From: Balanoglossus misakiensis
Taxonomy: Eukaryota; Animalia; Hemichordata
Direction: 5' to 3'
Assembly: GCA_040954595.2 (NCBI GenBank)
Contig: CM082582.2
Location: 4,138,303-4,202,302 of the forward strand
DNA: 64,000 nt
Shown here: positions 12,384 to 27,300 of the stretch, in pieces
Layout: every line of letters begins with the position of its first letter
Numbering within the stretch: position 1 is the first letter of the stretch
The notes under the pieces: generated by a model
The model's database searches: none
Told to the model about the DNA's origin: nothing
The model's input: the letters and a program-made list of their open reading frames with translations, nothing else
Translations under genes and position numbers: made by a program

Positions 12384-15300
12384 GTAAGCTCTTTATCTTT
12401 TCTCTATTTTCTCTTTTCACTTGGTCTTATTGTTCTATCCCGCACTGCACTGACATTTGATTTGCATCTGTTTTAGTTGTAGAGTTTTTTTTATTTATGA
12501 TGCCAGTACGTGTTTGCACATTTACATTATTTTTTTATAATTTATGTAGTTAATCATCAATTAACGTACTGTCATAATGAAGTTTTTGTCTCAACTGTGC
12601 TAATTTTGCATCAGAATTAATTACTACCGGTTGTAGTAATTTAAAATCATTGAGAGATTTCAATATATTCATTGAGATTATGCAGGCTGTACATATTTAG
12701 CGGTGCGTTTTGAGGTCAAATGAGGTGTTGTAGCAAACCAGGCTTTTGGCAGTTGCATGCTGTCACACACCAGTGCAAGATACGGTGCGACTGAACGTCT
12801 CATTGTCTTATTTGACTGGCATCACATTCAGAGTTTGGCACCACCGTCTGGCGATTACAAGTTGCATATTGCGGAGCCGGTCGGCGAAACGAGGACCGCA
12901 CAGACTTTTGCGTGATGAGATCAGCGTTGGCCATATGCTGCGTAATTTTTTCACATTTGAGGTGAATTCGCCCGGGCCTATAACTCTTTGTCACGCCGTA
13001 ATGGTGGCATTTTCGCTGAATGCGTTTCATTTGCCTCGGCACACTGTCGTCTGTCTGTGCGTTTTGGTCATTGAAGCCATGAAGTTGTATTTGATAAGCA
13101 GTGTTTTTGTATTGACGGGGCTGCTGTACCCCACCATATGTTGTTAACATATTTTGCATCTCTGGTATTGTATTGCTACACTGGAACCATATGGGTTCTC
13201 GCTCAGATGACCTTTCTCTTCATACTCATTATTCTCACCCAAAAGTTTACACCAACCAAAAACAACTTTCTAATCATTTTATCAAGAAGTTTTTTTAACT
13301 GTTAATTTTTAAGATTTATCGTTTAAAAAAATTTTGGTACAAAAATATGTACTTTATACAAGTTATTTCTTATATGGAAAAAATATTTTGTATAAAGTGG
13401 TAAATTTATAATCATAAATAAAAAATGAGAGAATTGGCCATGACATAAAAATAAAATTTAAATTTTGCCAATACATGCTGCAAACTGAAGCTTGTAAGCG
13501 TTTCCCCAAGATGGCCGTAAGATTATACTGACTTTCAGGTATGTCTTATATTTCAAAAACATCTGTCCTGAAATTGTAATTTATTTTTATTGTACCATGG
13601 CAAAACCTGCAGGCTTTCTTTAATTTTTTTTCCTGAAAATCCAAAAGAATACTAATTATGGAAAGAAACCTGTAGGCAGTGTGTAATTTAATCTGTATTT
13701 GACTGTCGGGGACTCATAAACAGATGTAAACAGACCTGTTTAGTAAAAAATATGGTGTGGAAACTGCAGAATGAAAGCTTGTGAATTTATTGTATGTGGC
13801 TGAACGATTAGCTGCATGGTAGGACACGCTGCAAGTACTTACAGATGGCAGAATTCTATTTTAATGTTTTTGTTGGACATTGTAGAATGTATTTAATGCG
13901 GGACATTGGAGAGGCAAAGAGCCCTCATATTTCAGTGGCGCTATAGAATTTAGATTGCAATGGAAGGGAAACAGCAGGCTATTCCATATTGCAACCAGGC
14001 TTTTTGTGGACAACCCCAGCTTATTGTACTGCGTGCCTACCAGCAATATCTCAGACAATTTTCCTTTTTGATCAACCAGATGGGTATTTGTGCGACGAGC
14101 ACCTGCAAAAGTTATATTTTCCTAATATTAATAAATGAAGGCATGGAAAAGTAGACAAACAATAACGTTAAAAATAAAAAAAACATCTGTGTTGTATATT
14201 GAGAAATTTGACTATTTTAAATAGGACGGCAATATTGGAGATGGGACTGGAGTGTACATGCGTATGATTGTGGTCAAAATGAGACTTTTCTCAAACTACT
14301 ATCAAATCTAGGCTGCATAAAAAACGTTGCAATAAACAATTTTCATCTGAATTTTGAAAATTTAGGACAGTATACCAAAAAGTGTGCATTAAAAATTTAT
14401 TGTAAATTTCACCGTTCTTAAAAATCAAATGCAAAGTTTAAAGTGCACTATTCTAAACTAGCATCTGTGTTATTTCCCATTGTTACACAACTCTATGTAA
14501 AGTATACATTTTTACATTTTTGATGCTGTACATATTTTAAATTGCGCACTGCAGTTCTGGTAGGCTGTTGATTTTCCCACTCTTGTCATTATCTTTATTC
14601 ATTGGACAGTGTTTCCGCTCAAAACCAATATATTATTAAACCTATCTAAACATCTTAAGCATCCATTTTTATCTGGGCTCCAGCAGACCATCTGGAAATA
14701 TTCAATATAAAACAGCGCAAATCCCACGGAATACTGACAGCTAGTCTTCAAGGCTCGCCCGCACACCCCCTTTTCCACACAAAAATATAATGTAGGTCTT
14801 CCCGTACTGTGTTTAAAGTGTTTCATTATTGTCAATAGGGGCCTTGCTGCATTGTGTAGGACAGGCAAGTGAATTGTGAATATTGTGAAAAAAGTGATGT
14901 AAGAGAAAAAGTCAATATTATGTAGTAACAATAATTAATGGCAAATTGTTTGATGGCTGGATATCTCTGTGGTAACAGCTCTCCAGTGCAGGTGCATTCA
15001 AGTAGTGACTCTCTCTCTCTGTGAGTGTTCCTTTCTGGCAGCAGGTGGACGGCGAAATGCTGCAGGCTACTTTAACCCGAGCCGTACAGGTGCACTGCTA
15101 TTAATGATAGCCACCTAGAATCAAAATCATAAAAGACTTTTTAAGCTCTACGTCTATTTTTATTGACTTAGGAAGTGATATATTTTATTAAGTTTAGTAT
15201 TTGGGTTTATTGGAAATAATTTTTTTTCTTGTTTTATTAATTATTTTAATTACTCTTTATGATATGATGGTGAGAATGTAAACTTTAACTAAGAGTCTAG

Positions 15301-18300
15301 AATACTTAGAATGCCAATTGGAATAACTACACTCTGTTAAAATTGGTGTATGTTAATGTTTTGCAGCCGCAGTCTTTTTGAAATCTGTTGAATGAAGCTA
15401 GCTTTTTGCTAATGAACAAACCTAGCAAAAACATACTCACTAGAGTGGGAAAAATTAAACCATGAGAGATATTTTGCTGTAGGTAAAAAATGATCTTGTG
15501 GTTCCGATAACAGGCTTTTCACAAATAGGAAATGTATTACAAAGTCACCATCTCTGGACATTATTTTGTATATTTTGGGATTTAGATGAGTTCTTACATT
15601 CTGTTTTCTAACCATTTTGACTCGGTTCTGCATGACACTGCTGCATGTGGCCAATGTATTGATGTGAATTTCTGTTTGGCATAAATTACAAGCACAGTAC
15701 GTGCAAGCATCTCTTTGCTGATTTGACATGGTTCAGTAAACCCGAACCCGAACAGAGACCGTACAGTGACTGGGGTACCTGCCTGTCATCTTGTCAGCGG
15801 CACCTAATATTCAGGTTAAAAAAAAAAACATACTGGGAAAGCCATCAGACTGCCGGAACACCTGGAAGAGACAATCAAGGATACCTTGTCATTCCCAACG
15901 CACACACTCCAAAGTTGACCTTGTAGGCTGGCAAACATCAATATATCATGGATGCATATTAACGCAGCAGATGAATGCTAATGGACATCCGAGCATGCAT
16001 GCAAACACTTCATCAGGCAGAACCATACTTTACATCGACTGCTCCAAGTGTGTGATGTGTAAACACGCACACACACGCACGCAGGTACACACACACACCC
16101 ATGCTCAATCACAAACAGACACTTGCCCAATGCACATGCATGCATTTTTGGAACCCTGGCTTGTACATGTATGTAGTACTACAAACAAACATAAGCAAAC
16201 ACACACAAACAAACACACACACATAAACAATTAATTTGATTAAAGCATTAGCACTCTTCCTTTGAAAGCATGATTTCAAAATTTCTTGTAAAGAAGAAAA
16301 TGCGGGGAGGGGGGGGGGGGATTACCAGGTGTAGGTTTGAAGTGGACTAGGAAGTGGGAGATCTTTTGGAGTATGTAATTATCTGATTGAGGTTCTTGAA
16401 GAAGAGATTACATGCTTATCTACTGTGGAATTGTGTGCTTTAGTGAAAATAAAAATGTCAACATTTAACCAAGAAGACTGTTGAGTGGGAGGGATTAAAT
16501 CTGGTGCTGGCCTTACGTGGGATTAAAAATATCAGGGTGCAAAAGAAACCCTACAACACCAACTTCCTGAGTAAACAGAAAATCTGTTATTTGAAGTGGG
16601 TGTTTCAAACTCCAAAATTTCACACCCTGAGCAGTTTAATCTATGCTATCATACACTGATTGATTTACACCCCCTGCGATGTTGATTTAAAGTTGAGGGC
16701 TCGTTCATTGCTGCTACAAGGAGCAACAGTTTGGGTGATGCAGAGCAGTGCATCAGTTTTGGAGTTGTTCTGTTGTGTATGGAAGTTTTGTCATCTCGAA
16801 GCAACGAGTCTCAAACTCCTTTTGTACTGTGATATCAATTTTGGAATGCAGGTCAGTTGTCAAGCTTTTTTAGATCTGTTTGAAAACTGGTCAACTATTT
16901 AAACAGCAAAATCCTATTTCTTTGCTAGGATAAAATTAACCCGTTCAAATTTTCTTAAATTATTCAATATTTGTCTGTATCCTTTCCAGAAATTTATACG
17001 GACAATGTTATTCTGAGTATTATTGTTGAAAATTTGTATAATGTAAATTACATATTGCTGAGTATCCAATTAATTGGGATAAAAACTGATAAAACTGAAT
17101 TCTGTATGGACATTGTACTGTAATCTTGACAGCATACTGAAAACAGCTAATGTTTGTTGGGTAGCTTTCTGTCACATCAGTCTTTGTTTTTTGTATTTTC
17201 ACACTGCCTATTTAAAACAATTCAGTAATAATAACAATGTTTAATGTATAATATAAATTGGGTATTTAATTTGTGCCCAATTAGACATTAAGCTAAAATG
17301 AACAATGGGGGAAAATGATTGTTTAGTGGTATTTCTAAGAATCATCTATTTCGGAGCAAGTTTGATGGTAAAGAAAAGAATAATGATAATTAGTATAAAT
17401 TGAATGTGGAAGGAATGATTGACAGCTTCAAAAGTAATCAATATACTTGCCATAATGATATTAAAAAAGCAGAGGTTTTACCAGTCTGGTGAACTACGAG
17501 TGAAAATGTTTTATGAGTATTAGGATGGAAAAGTGAAAGGTTTTCATTTTGTACACGACACCAAGTCAAACTCGCCAAAATAATGAAAGCAATACACGGG
17601 TTTTTATTATCTGAAAGAAAGCTTTATTTATGGTGCCATATATTGCAATGAAAGAGGTCAGTTTAAAGGCTAGCGTTGAGAAAATGTGATTTCTGTCGAG
17701 AGATTAGAAGTGGGTACAGGTGGTGTTTTCTATCTGATCCTTCTAGAAGGCAGCTTTTTCAAATTATCTCCCAGATATAATTTGTAGTGCCTTGGGGGCG
17801 AATACGTTCTTGTGCGAGTGAGGACTGGCTCTCATGTTTTATTCTTGATCATCTGAATTCAGAGCGGTGACTGGTGAAATTTATTCTGCGCATGTATTTT
17901 GCTGCAGTGATTGTGCCTTGGCTTTCATCTCTCTTGAGTGCATACCTTCTTCGCTCTCACCTTTTTTTTCTTGACATCAAATGATTGATATAATGAAACT
18001 AATTACAAACTGTTTTTCTCTCTCTATCTCGCAGTGTCTCTGCATGTCTTCCAGACATGGTTAACAGTGGCTTAATATTTGTCTCCACATGATGGTAATT
18101 AAATGCTGTGTATCAGTGAAAGTCAGCAAAAAAACAACATCTACTGCAAAACACTTTATTTTCGCGAGCAATAAATTTTCGCGAAATACGCGAGAGCCAA
18201 AAAAGCGTGAAAATAAAAAGTCGCGTAAATTTCTTTTGAAGATAATGATGCAGTGAATGAAATAAGAGAACGCGAAAATTAATACTCGCGAAACAGTGGC

Positions 18301-21300
18301 CTCTCTCGATATCACGAAAATTTCAACTCGCGAATATATATACAATGTATGTGTTTTACAATTTTTTAGGAGTCACTCATACACGCTAATATCCCCTGAT
18401 TTGACAATACCGCTATCAAAATTATTGAATGACTGGCTTTACATTATTGTCAAACAATTTTACAATTTTGGGTAAACCAATAATAGAATAAAATCAAAGA
18501 AAACCCAAATCTGGCTCAAAATGAGCTTAGTTTTTTTTTGTAGCAATACAATGAATAAAGGCAAAGCAAGGCTAAATACAGGTGAGGGCCATTAACACAG
18601 CTGCAGATTACTGTATTATCTTATAGTGCAACATCTGCAAGCTAAGATTAGATATTAATTTAGATGAACTTTGACCCAAGCTGTTTCAGAGAGTGCTGTG
18701 TCAGTCTGTCGTTGTATGGCTTCACTCAGAAATCGGCCTGACATAATGTCCATGGAAATAGATCAGTAAGTTTATCAAATTAATACTAATTAGAATGGAG
18801 AGTTTGATTGTGGACTGAATCAGCATTATGTTAATTTTAATGTAATTCTGTTCATGGCAACAATAATGAAACTCTGAGACGTGTTAAATGTGGCTATCTT
18901 CGGCACTAAAATTGACGGCTTTGTGCATGAGTTAAAATTTACTGTGGCATCAGTATATCCTGTGGTATTTTGTTAAACCATGAGCAGCACTTTCTACGCA
19001 TCAGTCTGGTTCATAATTTCTTTCCAAGAGAAGTAATTAGTTGTAAGTAGCTTTGCTCTAAATTGGATGTGACCTTGTCGTAACCGTCATTCCATACAGC
19101 CAAGTGAGAGATGTAATTAGGGCTGAATACATGACAATAATAACCTTCTATGTTGATTAGCATCATAATGACCTTGAAGCCTAAGTCCATACTGCACTTG
19201 TTCTGGTGGGTCAGGCGCGACCACCTGCGCACACACAGCAGCTGTGTGCGGAGATGAAATGACAGTACTTCACTCTGTGTGGGTGAATGGATAAATAATG
19301 ACACAGACATATTTTGATGTGATGTCAACTCCCGTAACCTCTGTATTGTGTGCAGCAGTAGTGTGTTCATGCGACAGTCATAGCAGCAGAATATTCTGTC
19401 GAGGTGATCGAGACGAGCATCAGTTAACTGCAGCATCATGTTGATGTGATCCAAACTGCACAGCTAAATGCAAAGATGTTTTTGTCTTGATGTCGTCAGT
19501 ACGTTACGGCCCTTTACCGTATAAGCATGATCGTATCCGATTTTGGAAGACAACAATTAAATGTGTAGAACAAAATTGACGTCACACATGTACAAGCAAC
19601 CACCCAGATTTGACATAGTCGCCATATCTCATGTGGTTGACATGATATTAATTGAACTAAGTAGTAATTTGGATTAAATGATAAATTTAGTAGTGTGTAA
19701 AACATAGCTCTCGACTTAAAGCCCCATATTTGTTGATGTGGATTTCTATAGATATAAACACCAGACTTGGAATGGTTTATTATCGAATAAAAAGGTCAGC
19801 TGTGGAGCATATCTCTCCCCCCCCCCCCCTAAACATACATAGATCAGATAACGGTTGGGGCATACCTAAGAAAACAAAATAAAAATTAGTTAGTGCTAAG
19901 ACATACATATTTTTCTGTGTAAATTGATCATAAATATTCATATTTATTCAAGTTCACCCAACTGAGAAATGTATAATTGACTTTGACCTTTTTTTAGTTC
20001 CGCAATGAACATAACAGAGAATTGACAAGTCTACAAGCTTGAGTAGAGCTTGCACATGGCCAGTCTGCAAAGTGTTACTTTCCAGCTGATGAAACACTTC
20101 GTTGTGGGAAAATGTCCCTCCTGTTTCCCACGTTGAAAGGAAATGGATTTGATAAGGGCTTTAGATACGCCACTAAATTTGATAAAACAGGACTGATCAT
20201 TCGCAGGGTTCCGACAGGAATGGGACAGGTGTGTAAATTTGATCACGTTATCCATCATCAACAGTATCAAAATTGCGTTTTACAATGTAGACTGTATACG
20301 ATCTGCTGTGTATGTCATCATCTGCAGGTTCTGTTAAAAAATATTTTTGTTTAATTCTTTTCATTTAGTCTCTATTTTCTTATTGTCTCTAAAATTGTTT
20401 TCCAGTGGCACATTTAAAGTTATGGGCACAAAACTTGCAACCACAATAATTTGAGAGTTTTAGCCATACAAGGCCTGTATACCACATTACACTTATCATG
20501 AGTAATATTGAAATTCCAATATAAGCTTTGACAAGGAAATAAATACAGCTGAAAATTAAGAAAATGTGGCAGTCTTTTGTTGGTCATTTCTTAATTTGTG
20601 ATGCAGTTCTTGGTCCAGGAGCTTGTCGAACACACCTCCTTGGATGCAATCCTGCACCAAAACCTTAACCGGTCAAGGTTCAATTACTATGAAAGTGTCA
20701 GACATCTGTCAAAGTAAAGGGGATAGAAACCGTACTGCATTTATATCTGTGAACATCAGAAGGCGATTTTTGCCACATTTACAAATTCTTAACTACGAAC
20801 ATAGAGCTGCAAATACATCCTAGGATGAAAATGATAATAGAGTAAAAACTTCCTATCTCTTGTAATGGTATTTGTACCCAAAAAGTGAAGTTAATAATTA
20901 ACAAGCTTTTCACCCCCATATGTCCTGGTTATGTGTTTTAGGTGTCTTTGCTTATTTTCATGAGTTACATCCAATGCACAAATGTGAATCATTTGAATAA
21001 TTCAATGAGTGATTAGAGTGAGCATAAAAGAGAGTCAATGAAGGTTTCAATAATTGATCATTATGGCCAGCTGGTAAACTCTTGTAATTTTATTTTCATA
21101 ATCAAACGACTTGAAGACTTATTAAAATGGAGAGCTGTTTGCTGTGTAATACACACGTTTTTTTTTTGAAAAAACAGGCTATGTAATTTTTTTTTTTTTT
21201 TTTTTTGGGGGGGGGGACTTTATTTTGTTGGAATAATGCCGTTGGAATTTTCATCTGGACAGCTGCAGCTGGTTTTTTGGAAATTTTTCCTTGTCTTGGG

Positions 21301-24300
21301 GTAGCTGATATCGATGCTCATTACTTTAGCATTGATGGGTTGGTAATCAACAAAATCTATATGATCAATATCAGGGTGAATGCATAAGTCTCTGTGCCAT
21401 ATGTATCTGCCTTAAAGCCTGGCCAAACTTTCCTGTGTGAGACTACACCAGCTGTGACTATATAGACAGCAATGGGGGCGGTACTTATTATTTGTTTTTC
21501 CAGTACATCTGTATTTATTGACAATGCTGTCATTTCAACATGTCTTCTTTGGAGTTTTTTTTGCGTTTAAAGGATTATGCAAATGAAGGCGGAGCTCAGA
21601 TTTTTTCCGTCAATGCACCAGGACACCACTTCAAAATGTATCCAACAGTTTCTTTTAAAAATTGTGTCAACCTGTCATGTGTTCTGCTAAATTCAAGGAA
21701 TACTATAGGCTGAGCTGACTTCGTATGTACAACTTAAGCTAGGTAAGCCATTTTAAAGCCATCTTTTAGCACTCTAAACATTTGTAGTACAAAAGTGTTC
21801 AAAACAATAATGTGTTCAGTTTGTCCGGGGCTTTGTTGGCAAAACAACTTTGGTGACTTTACTGGATAAGGACACATGTCATGTCACAGGACCCAAATAA
21901 ACATTACACTGATAGTTATCTGTTATATATCAATTTCATTGCTGGTCAGTTCATGGTGTTTTGATGTCATAAAACCAATTCTATAAACGATCTGAATAAT
22001 CTTCTAGAATTCAATACATTTTAATGTGTATTTTTCGTTCGTCAACTCAATGAAGTTACACCAGACTGTTCAATCACATAAAACTGATATAGCTTCAATT
22101 TTCAAGACAAGGATATGTAAGTTGAGAATGATATGATTCTTGTGTAGTGTATAGAGTTGCCAGTAAAGTCGTCATGTTATCGATAGTAACATCTGTTCAT
22201 GAAAGGGTTATAGCAATAGTCAGGTTTCTCTGAAAGCTAGGCAACATGCTGCCTTGTACTGAAACTCACCATTTCAAATTTGTCAATGGTATGTAGTAAG
22301 CTGTAACTTTGGATGATTTTTGTTTTGTTGCACGTCATCCAGTTTCTTGTTTTAATCTGAAGGTATGTTAAAAATCCTTTATTTGGGCAATATGGCATGT
22401 ATGTTTGGTCATTATTGTGAACTGAATTTTAGTCAAATCATTATCAAGTTGAATTCAGTTTTTTGAAATTATATAATAAACATTACACACCCCTAGGTCG
22501 TATAAACAAGTAGAATTACTCTTCATATTCTCTAGTCTAGGGCATATCATTTTCATAAAACCAATAGAAAAAAGAAAGCAATACTTTGTTTCTTTATAAG
22601 TTGCCTGATTGTTATAGTTGAACTATGTGAAATAAGGAAAGGTCATGCAATGGTGGACTACAGATACATTGTATAGGTTAATTTGACAGTGGTCTCATGG
22701 ACCACCAGATTTGACATCTATAAACCACCACACTACATCACAACATACCATCACAAATTGAGCTTGAAAAAATGTTTAACCAGTTTTTAATAGTGAAAAG
22801 TATTTTCATACAGAAGTTGGGCGCAGGTACCTACATGTATAGCTGCAAGCTTTCATCCCGGCTGTGCTGTCATGGTATTGAGTGAAAGGGACGTAGTTTA
22901 CACAAATGCTGATTGAGTTGAAATGTCAGTTCCGTTGCGTTGCAAATACACGTGATTTGAATTCAGTGCGTGTCGTGCAGGTGTGGTCACGAAAGAAAAT
23001 GCGTACAAGTATTAGATGTATGTAATCATGAAAAATGCATGATACCTCAAGTAAGAGCAGCACATAGGAGAGTTGAATGTGATGGCTTTTTGTAATCTCA
23101 ATTGGAAATTCAGAAAGGTACAGGGGGATAGCCGTCAGGCGCGGTTGTAATGTGCTTACAGATTCTGAGCAATGCAAAGAGTTTTTATAACAGGAGAATA
23201 GTGTGTGACTCACTGCAGACTCAATACATGGACATTTATCCTCTACACACGTCAGCCAAAACCATCCAATAGTTCTGTTGCTATTTTAGGTCGGTTTCCA
23301 AAATACATGTAGTAAAATTTGATATATACGTTGAAGCAACAAAATCCAATATATTAAATTGTGGTGTACAGTTTCTGGACTTCATGATAAATTCCATTCA
23401 GGAAAATATGCTTTGGTGGAAAGTTACCAAATACTGAAATATCAAATTCCATACATAGTGTGGCAGCGTGTGTGTCCTCTATGTATAAATAGTCACGAAG
23501 TATGTGTGTGCTATAGTGTTAGAATAGAAAAAACTAATTTGGGCCATGGGTGTTTTTTTGTAGGCTCTACATATATGTGCTATAAGGAGGAAATGTGGTG
23601 AAATATATTAACCTGTATATTGGTTGCACGGCAATACATGGTTTGGGATGTTCAATACAATACATGGGAAACTTGTCTTGAAACAGCACAGACACTAACC
23701 ATTAAAGGGACATATTAGCTGTAACTTTTGGCTTTCAGTATTTTTGTTCTGTGTACCAAATATAATTTCTTGTTCTACTCCAAAGAGGATGCTAATATAC
23801 TGAGTACTCCACTTGTCAACTCAGCCTGTATGTGTGTAACGACCATTGTTATTGCTGACAAATGAATTCTAGTCTGGACTTGACTTCAAATTTTGCACAA
23901 TACAATACTGACTATACACATATATGTCGTGTTGATAAAGTTAATGCTGGGCATTTCATCATATTTCAGAAATTGAAACATTAAAACTGCAGTAGATACT
24001 CAAAACAAAATACTGAAAACATAGAGGAAAGTTACAGCTGATGGAGCTTTAAAAATACACAACCGCGACAAAACAAGGGTATTACACAATTACAAAAAGT
24101 TATGCAATAACAAATTAGAAAGTGATTTAAAACACCAGACTCAGCCTTATGACAGTCTCTGATTGTGTAGTCATTGGCAGAGGGCATATAACTCAGTCAT
24201 GCACAGATTTTTTTTTACCTGCGACCTGATGGGAAGCTCCTTAAAATGCTGAGCCAGTGCGTGGGAAGAATCTCTGATTATTTTAACAGTCTTGACAACA

Positions 24301-27300
24301 GCTCTCAGTCCTCATACAGTGATTTCAAGCTCTTACATTCATAGCCACATATTTTAGAGCAAGTATTGACAACTGTTTGCATTTTGTTCAGGTTTAAAAT
24401 TGTCAGACTTCAATACCAACTCAAAAATGAGAAGGTATAACTACACTTTCAATATCAGTGGAGTTGGATGTTTTAGTATATATGTAAGTGAATATTCAGG
24501 GATCTTGGTTAATACGTACATTCGCTGTTTGCTTATTTTATATACAGCTAGCGTGTTCTGTTGAAATGTCAATTTGTCATCTATGACTATTCTGAGATAA
24601 AGATATATTAAAACTTGTTCTACAATCTCAAATTTACTTTAAGGGAATAAATTTTCTGTTTTTTTTTTTCATTCTGAAGTCAATAATCATTTCCATTGTC
24701 TTCCCAGCATTTAAATCAAGATAGCTTTGGTCACACCATTGTTTCAAGTGTTGCAGCTGGTTTTCAGTTATTTGAATAATCTTGAGTGATCTTCGCCTGA
24801 TCACTTGTACTTCAAAGGTCATTTGTTGTACAAAGAAGACAGAACAGGGGAAATCACGCAGCCCTGGGGTGCCCCAGTACACGCACTGCGCATACTTGAC
24901 ACTATTACAGTTATTTACTCTCTGACATGTTGTGTATTTGTTAGAAAATCTAACAATGAAAGTATAATATTGTGATTGACATTCATGTTGTTTAGCTTGT
25001 TCATCATCATATGATGCTGCATGGTGTTAAAGCCTGATTAAAAATCTATGAATAACATACAGACATCGGATTTGGGCTTCTGTAAATGACTATAAGGACT
25101 TTGTGAAGTAGGGTTATAACAACATCCTCTACGGATCTGTTTGCTCTGTAAGCAAATTGAAATGGGTTAACAAGATCTTTAACCTGGTCTAGTCTGTAAG
25201 TCGTGATAGTGAAATTCCAAACATTTCAATTGATGTTAAAGGAATTGGTCTGTAATCGTTTAATTTGATAGGATTTGTGTTTTTTTGGAAAGGGGGGGGG
25301 ATAGATGATCTCTTCCATATGCTCTGTTTTGTATTGATGATGTTTGAAGAAATATAGCAGTCAGAAAGAAAACCCAGACTTGCCACAATTTTGTCCCCCT
25401 GACCTCGCTTGGATCTTGTTTATTTTGCCTCCTGACCTTGTTTAAGCGCTAGCAGTCAGAGGCCAATAGCTGGACCATATGGTAAATTATCTTTGCTATT
25501 TGCAGCAATCTCATCAGAAATTCATATGGTTGCCAAGTTCACTTTTTGTGTGTTAATTGCAAATATCTTGGTACAGCCCTCACAAAACACATGTTCTCTA
25601 GACATCTATAGAATTCCATAGCCTATGGAATTTCTAGTGAAGTTCATAGAATTTCTATGGACATCTACAGATTTCTATGTACTTTTTGACCCTTTTTCTA
25701 TTGAATTCTGTGGAAATGTCAAAATACGTAGACTAAGTACAGAGATTCGATAGTAGACTGTTCCGGAGTTTCAACTCAAAATGGTAAACTCATTTACCAA
25801 CAAAATGCCAGGATGTAAAGTTCACATTGGGGTCATGAAAATGGCCTGTACATGTAGCTTGATAAATAAACATTTGACCTTTGCAAAGTGCATCTGGGGT
25901 CAATGAGCCTGCATGGCTTCAAAGGTCAGGTCATGCTGACCACAGATAATTAGTTTGTTGAATGATTACAAGCACTTAATAGGATTGTTGTGTCAATAAA
26001 CATATCCATTTTGTACTTGATGTATTCAGTACCTATCAGGACAAATTGTGTACATAAGAAATTGTAAGTCCACTCTAGAATCTGCTTGCCTACCAGCCTG
26101 GTAGCCATACCCCAGTGTGTTTTAGATATAGACTCACACTGCAGTCTGGATACCAGGCTATACGTGCCTACCTATCTGTGTGGTATAGATTTTTTTTTTC
26201 AGAGAAGGCTGACACTAAAACTCTGATAGTCTCCAGGCTGTTTTGTGAAATCATCTGTAGATGCTATATATACAGCAACTTCTGCTGACAACGATAGAAG
26301 TGTGTTAGTTATAGAGGGAAACAGCATGATACACTAGATGGGTGCACATATTTCCTTGTTAACTAGACAAAAAAACTTCTGGGAAATTCTGGGAACCTTC
26401 AGGTGTATGAAACCTTCACTAGAAGCCAAGTGTTACTGGAAATAATTTATGTATTTTACTCAGCCAGGAAAGCGAAAAAATATATCCAATGATGAATACA
26501 CAAAGTATTAATCTAGCAGAATGACAGCTATGGTGAGAAAACGAACATGGGCATCAAACTAGAACCATGCACCTAGGGGTGCCATGTGTGGAATATCTCT
26601 GTAGTTAGGGGATCATAGCTGCCAGAGACAAAGTTCTGATATGAAGGGGTGTAATACATTAGATGGACACGTCCTAGTCTTCAAGAAAATCAAAATGATT
26701 TTTTTTTTTAAATTCTCTTGTATTTCAGAACAGCACAGTAGCAATCTCTGAAACCGTACACAGAGGGTTCCAAAATAATAGTCACAAGAATGTGATGCAA
26801 TTTGATGGAGGGTTTGATGGGGGTTTCTAAGAGGACCCAGTAATTAAACGTTAAAATGAGGAGAGTATGCACTCAGCTGGGAGGCTTTTTTTTTACGAAG
26901 TACTGGTCTCATCAGTATCGTTGAACTGACTGTTTAAAAGTGATGCGTTGGCAAAGAGTGGCATGCAGAGAGAGAGAGGAAGATGTCTGTCATAAATGAC
27001 ATGACATATTAGTATCAATGCCCTGCCTCCAGGGCTTCACTGACTATGATAAGTGTAAGTGATGATTCATCAGCCATACACTCTAATCAATACACACGAC
27101 AAATAGAATTAAGAGAGACACCAATGCACATAAAATGGTGCAAAACTAAAAGTTAACTGTTGACTTTTGAAGTAATAACATCCTTCCTGGGTATAATAAG
27201 AACATGTCAGTTCTGTGCGATTTTTGAGTTGCCTTGACTTTTTCGTGAAGGTCCATTATAGGTTGTTGACAGAAAACGTGACAAATTTGTTGAGTAGAAC

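Noticed and set aside
12746-13159. Overlapping 133-aa and 119-aa ORFs
   Set aside because: No recognisable protein and no convincing splice sites; more likely a CpG-rich regulatory region just downstream of the first exon.
19011-19454. 147-aa minus-strand ORF
   Set aside because: Non-ATG start call, no homology that I recognise, and it lies within intron 1.
25590-25930. Degenerate short repeats (ctatagaatt-like) and ggggtca/aaggtca motifs as nuclear-receptor sites
   Set aside because: They look like remnants of interspersed repeats next to the LINE, with no independent support for regulatory function.
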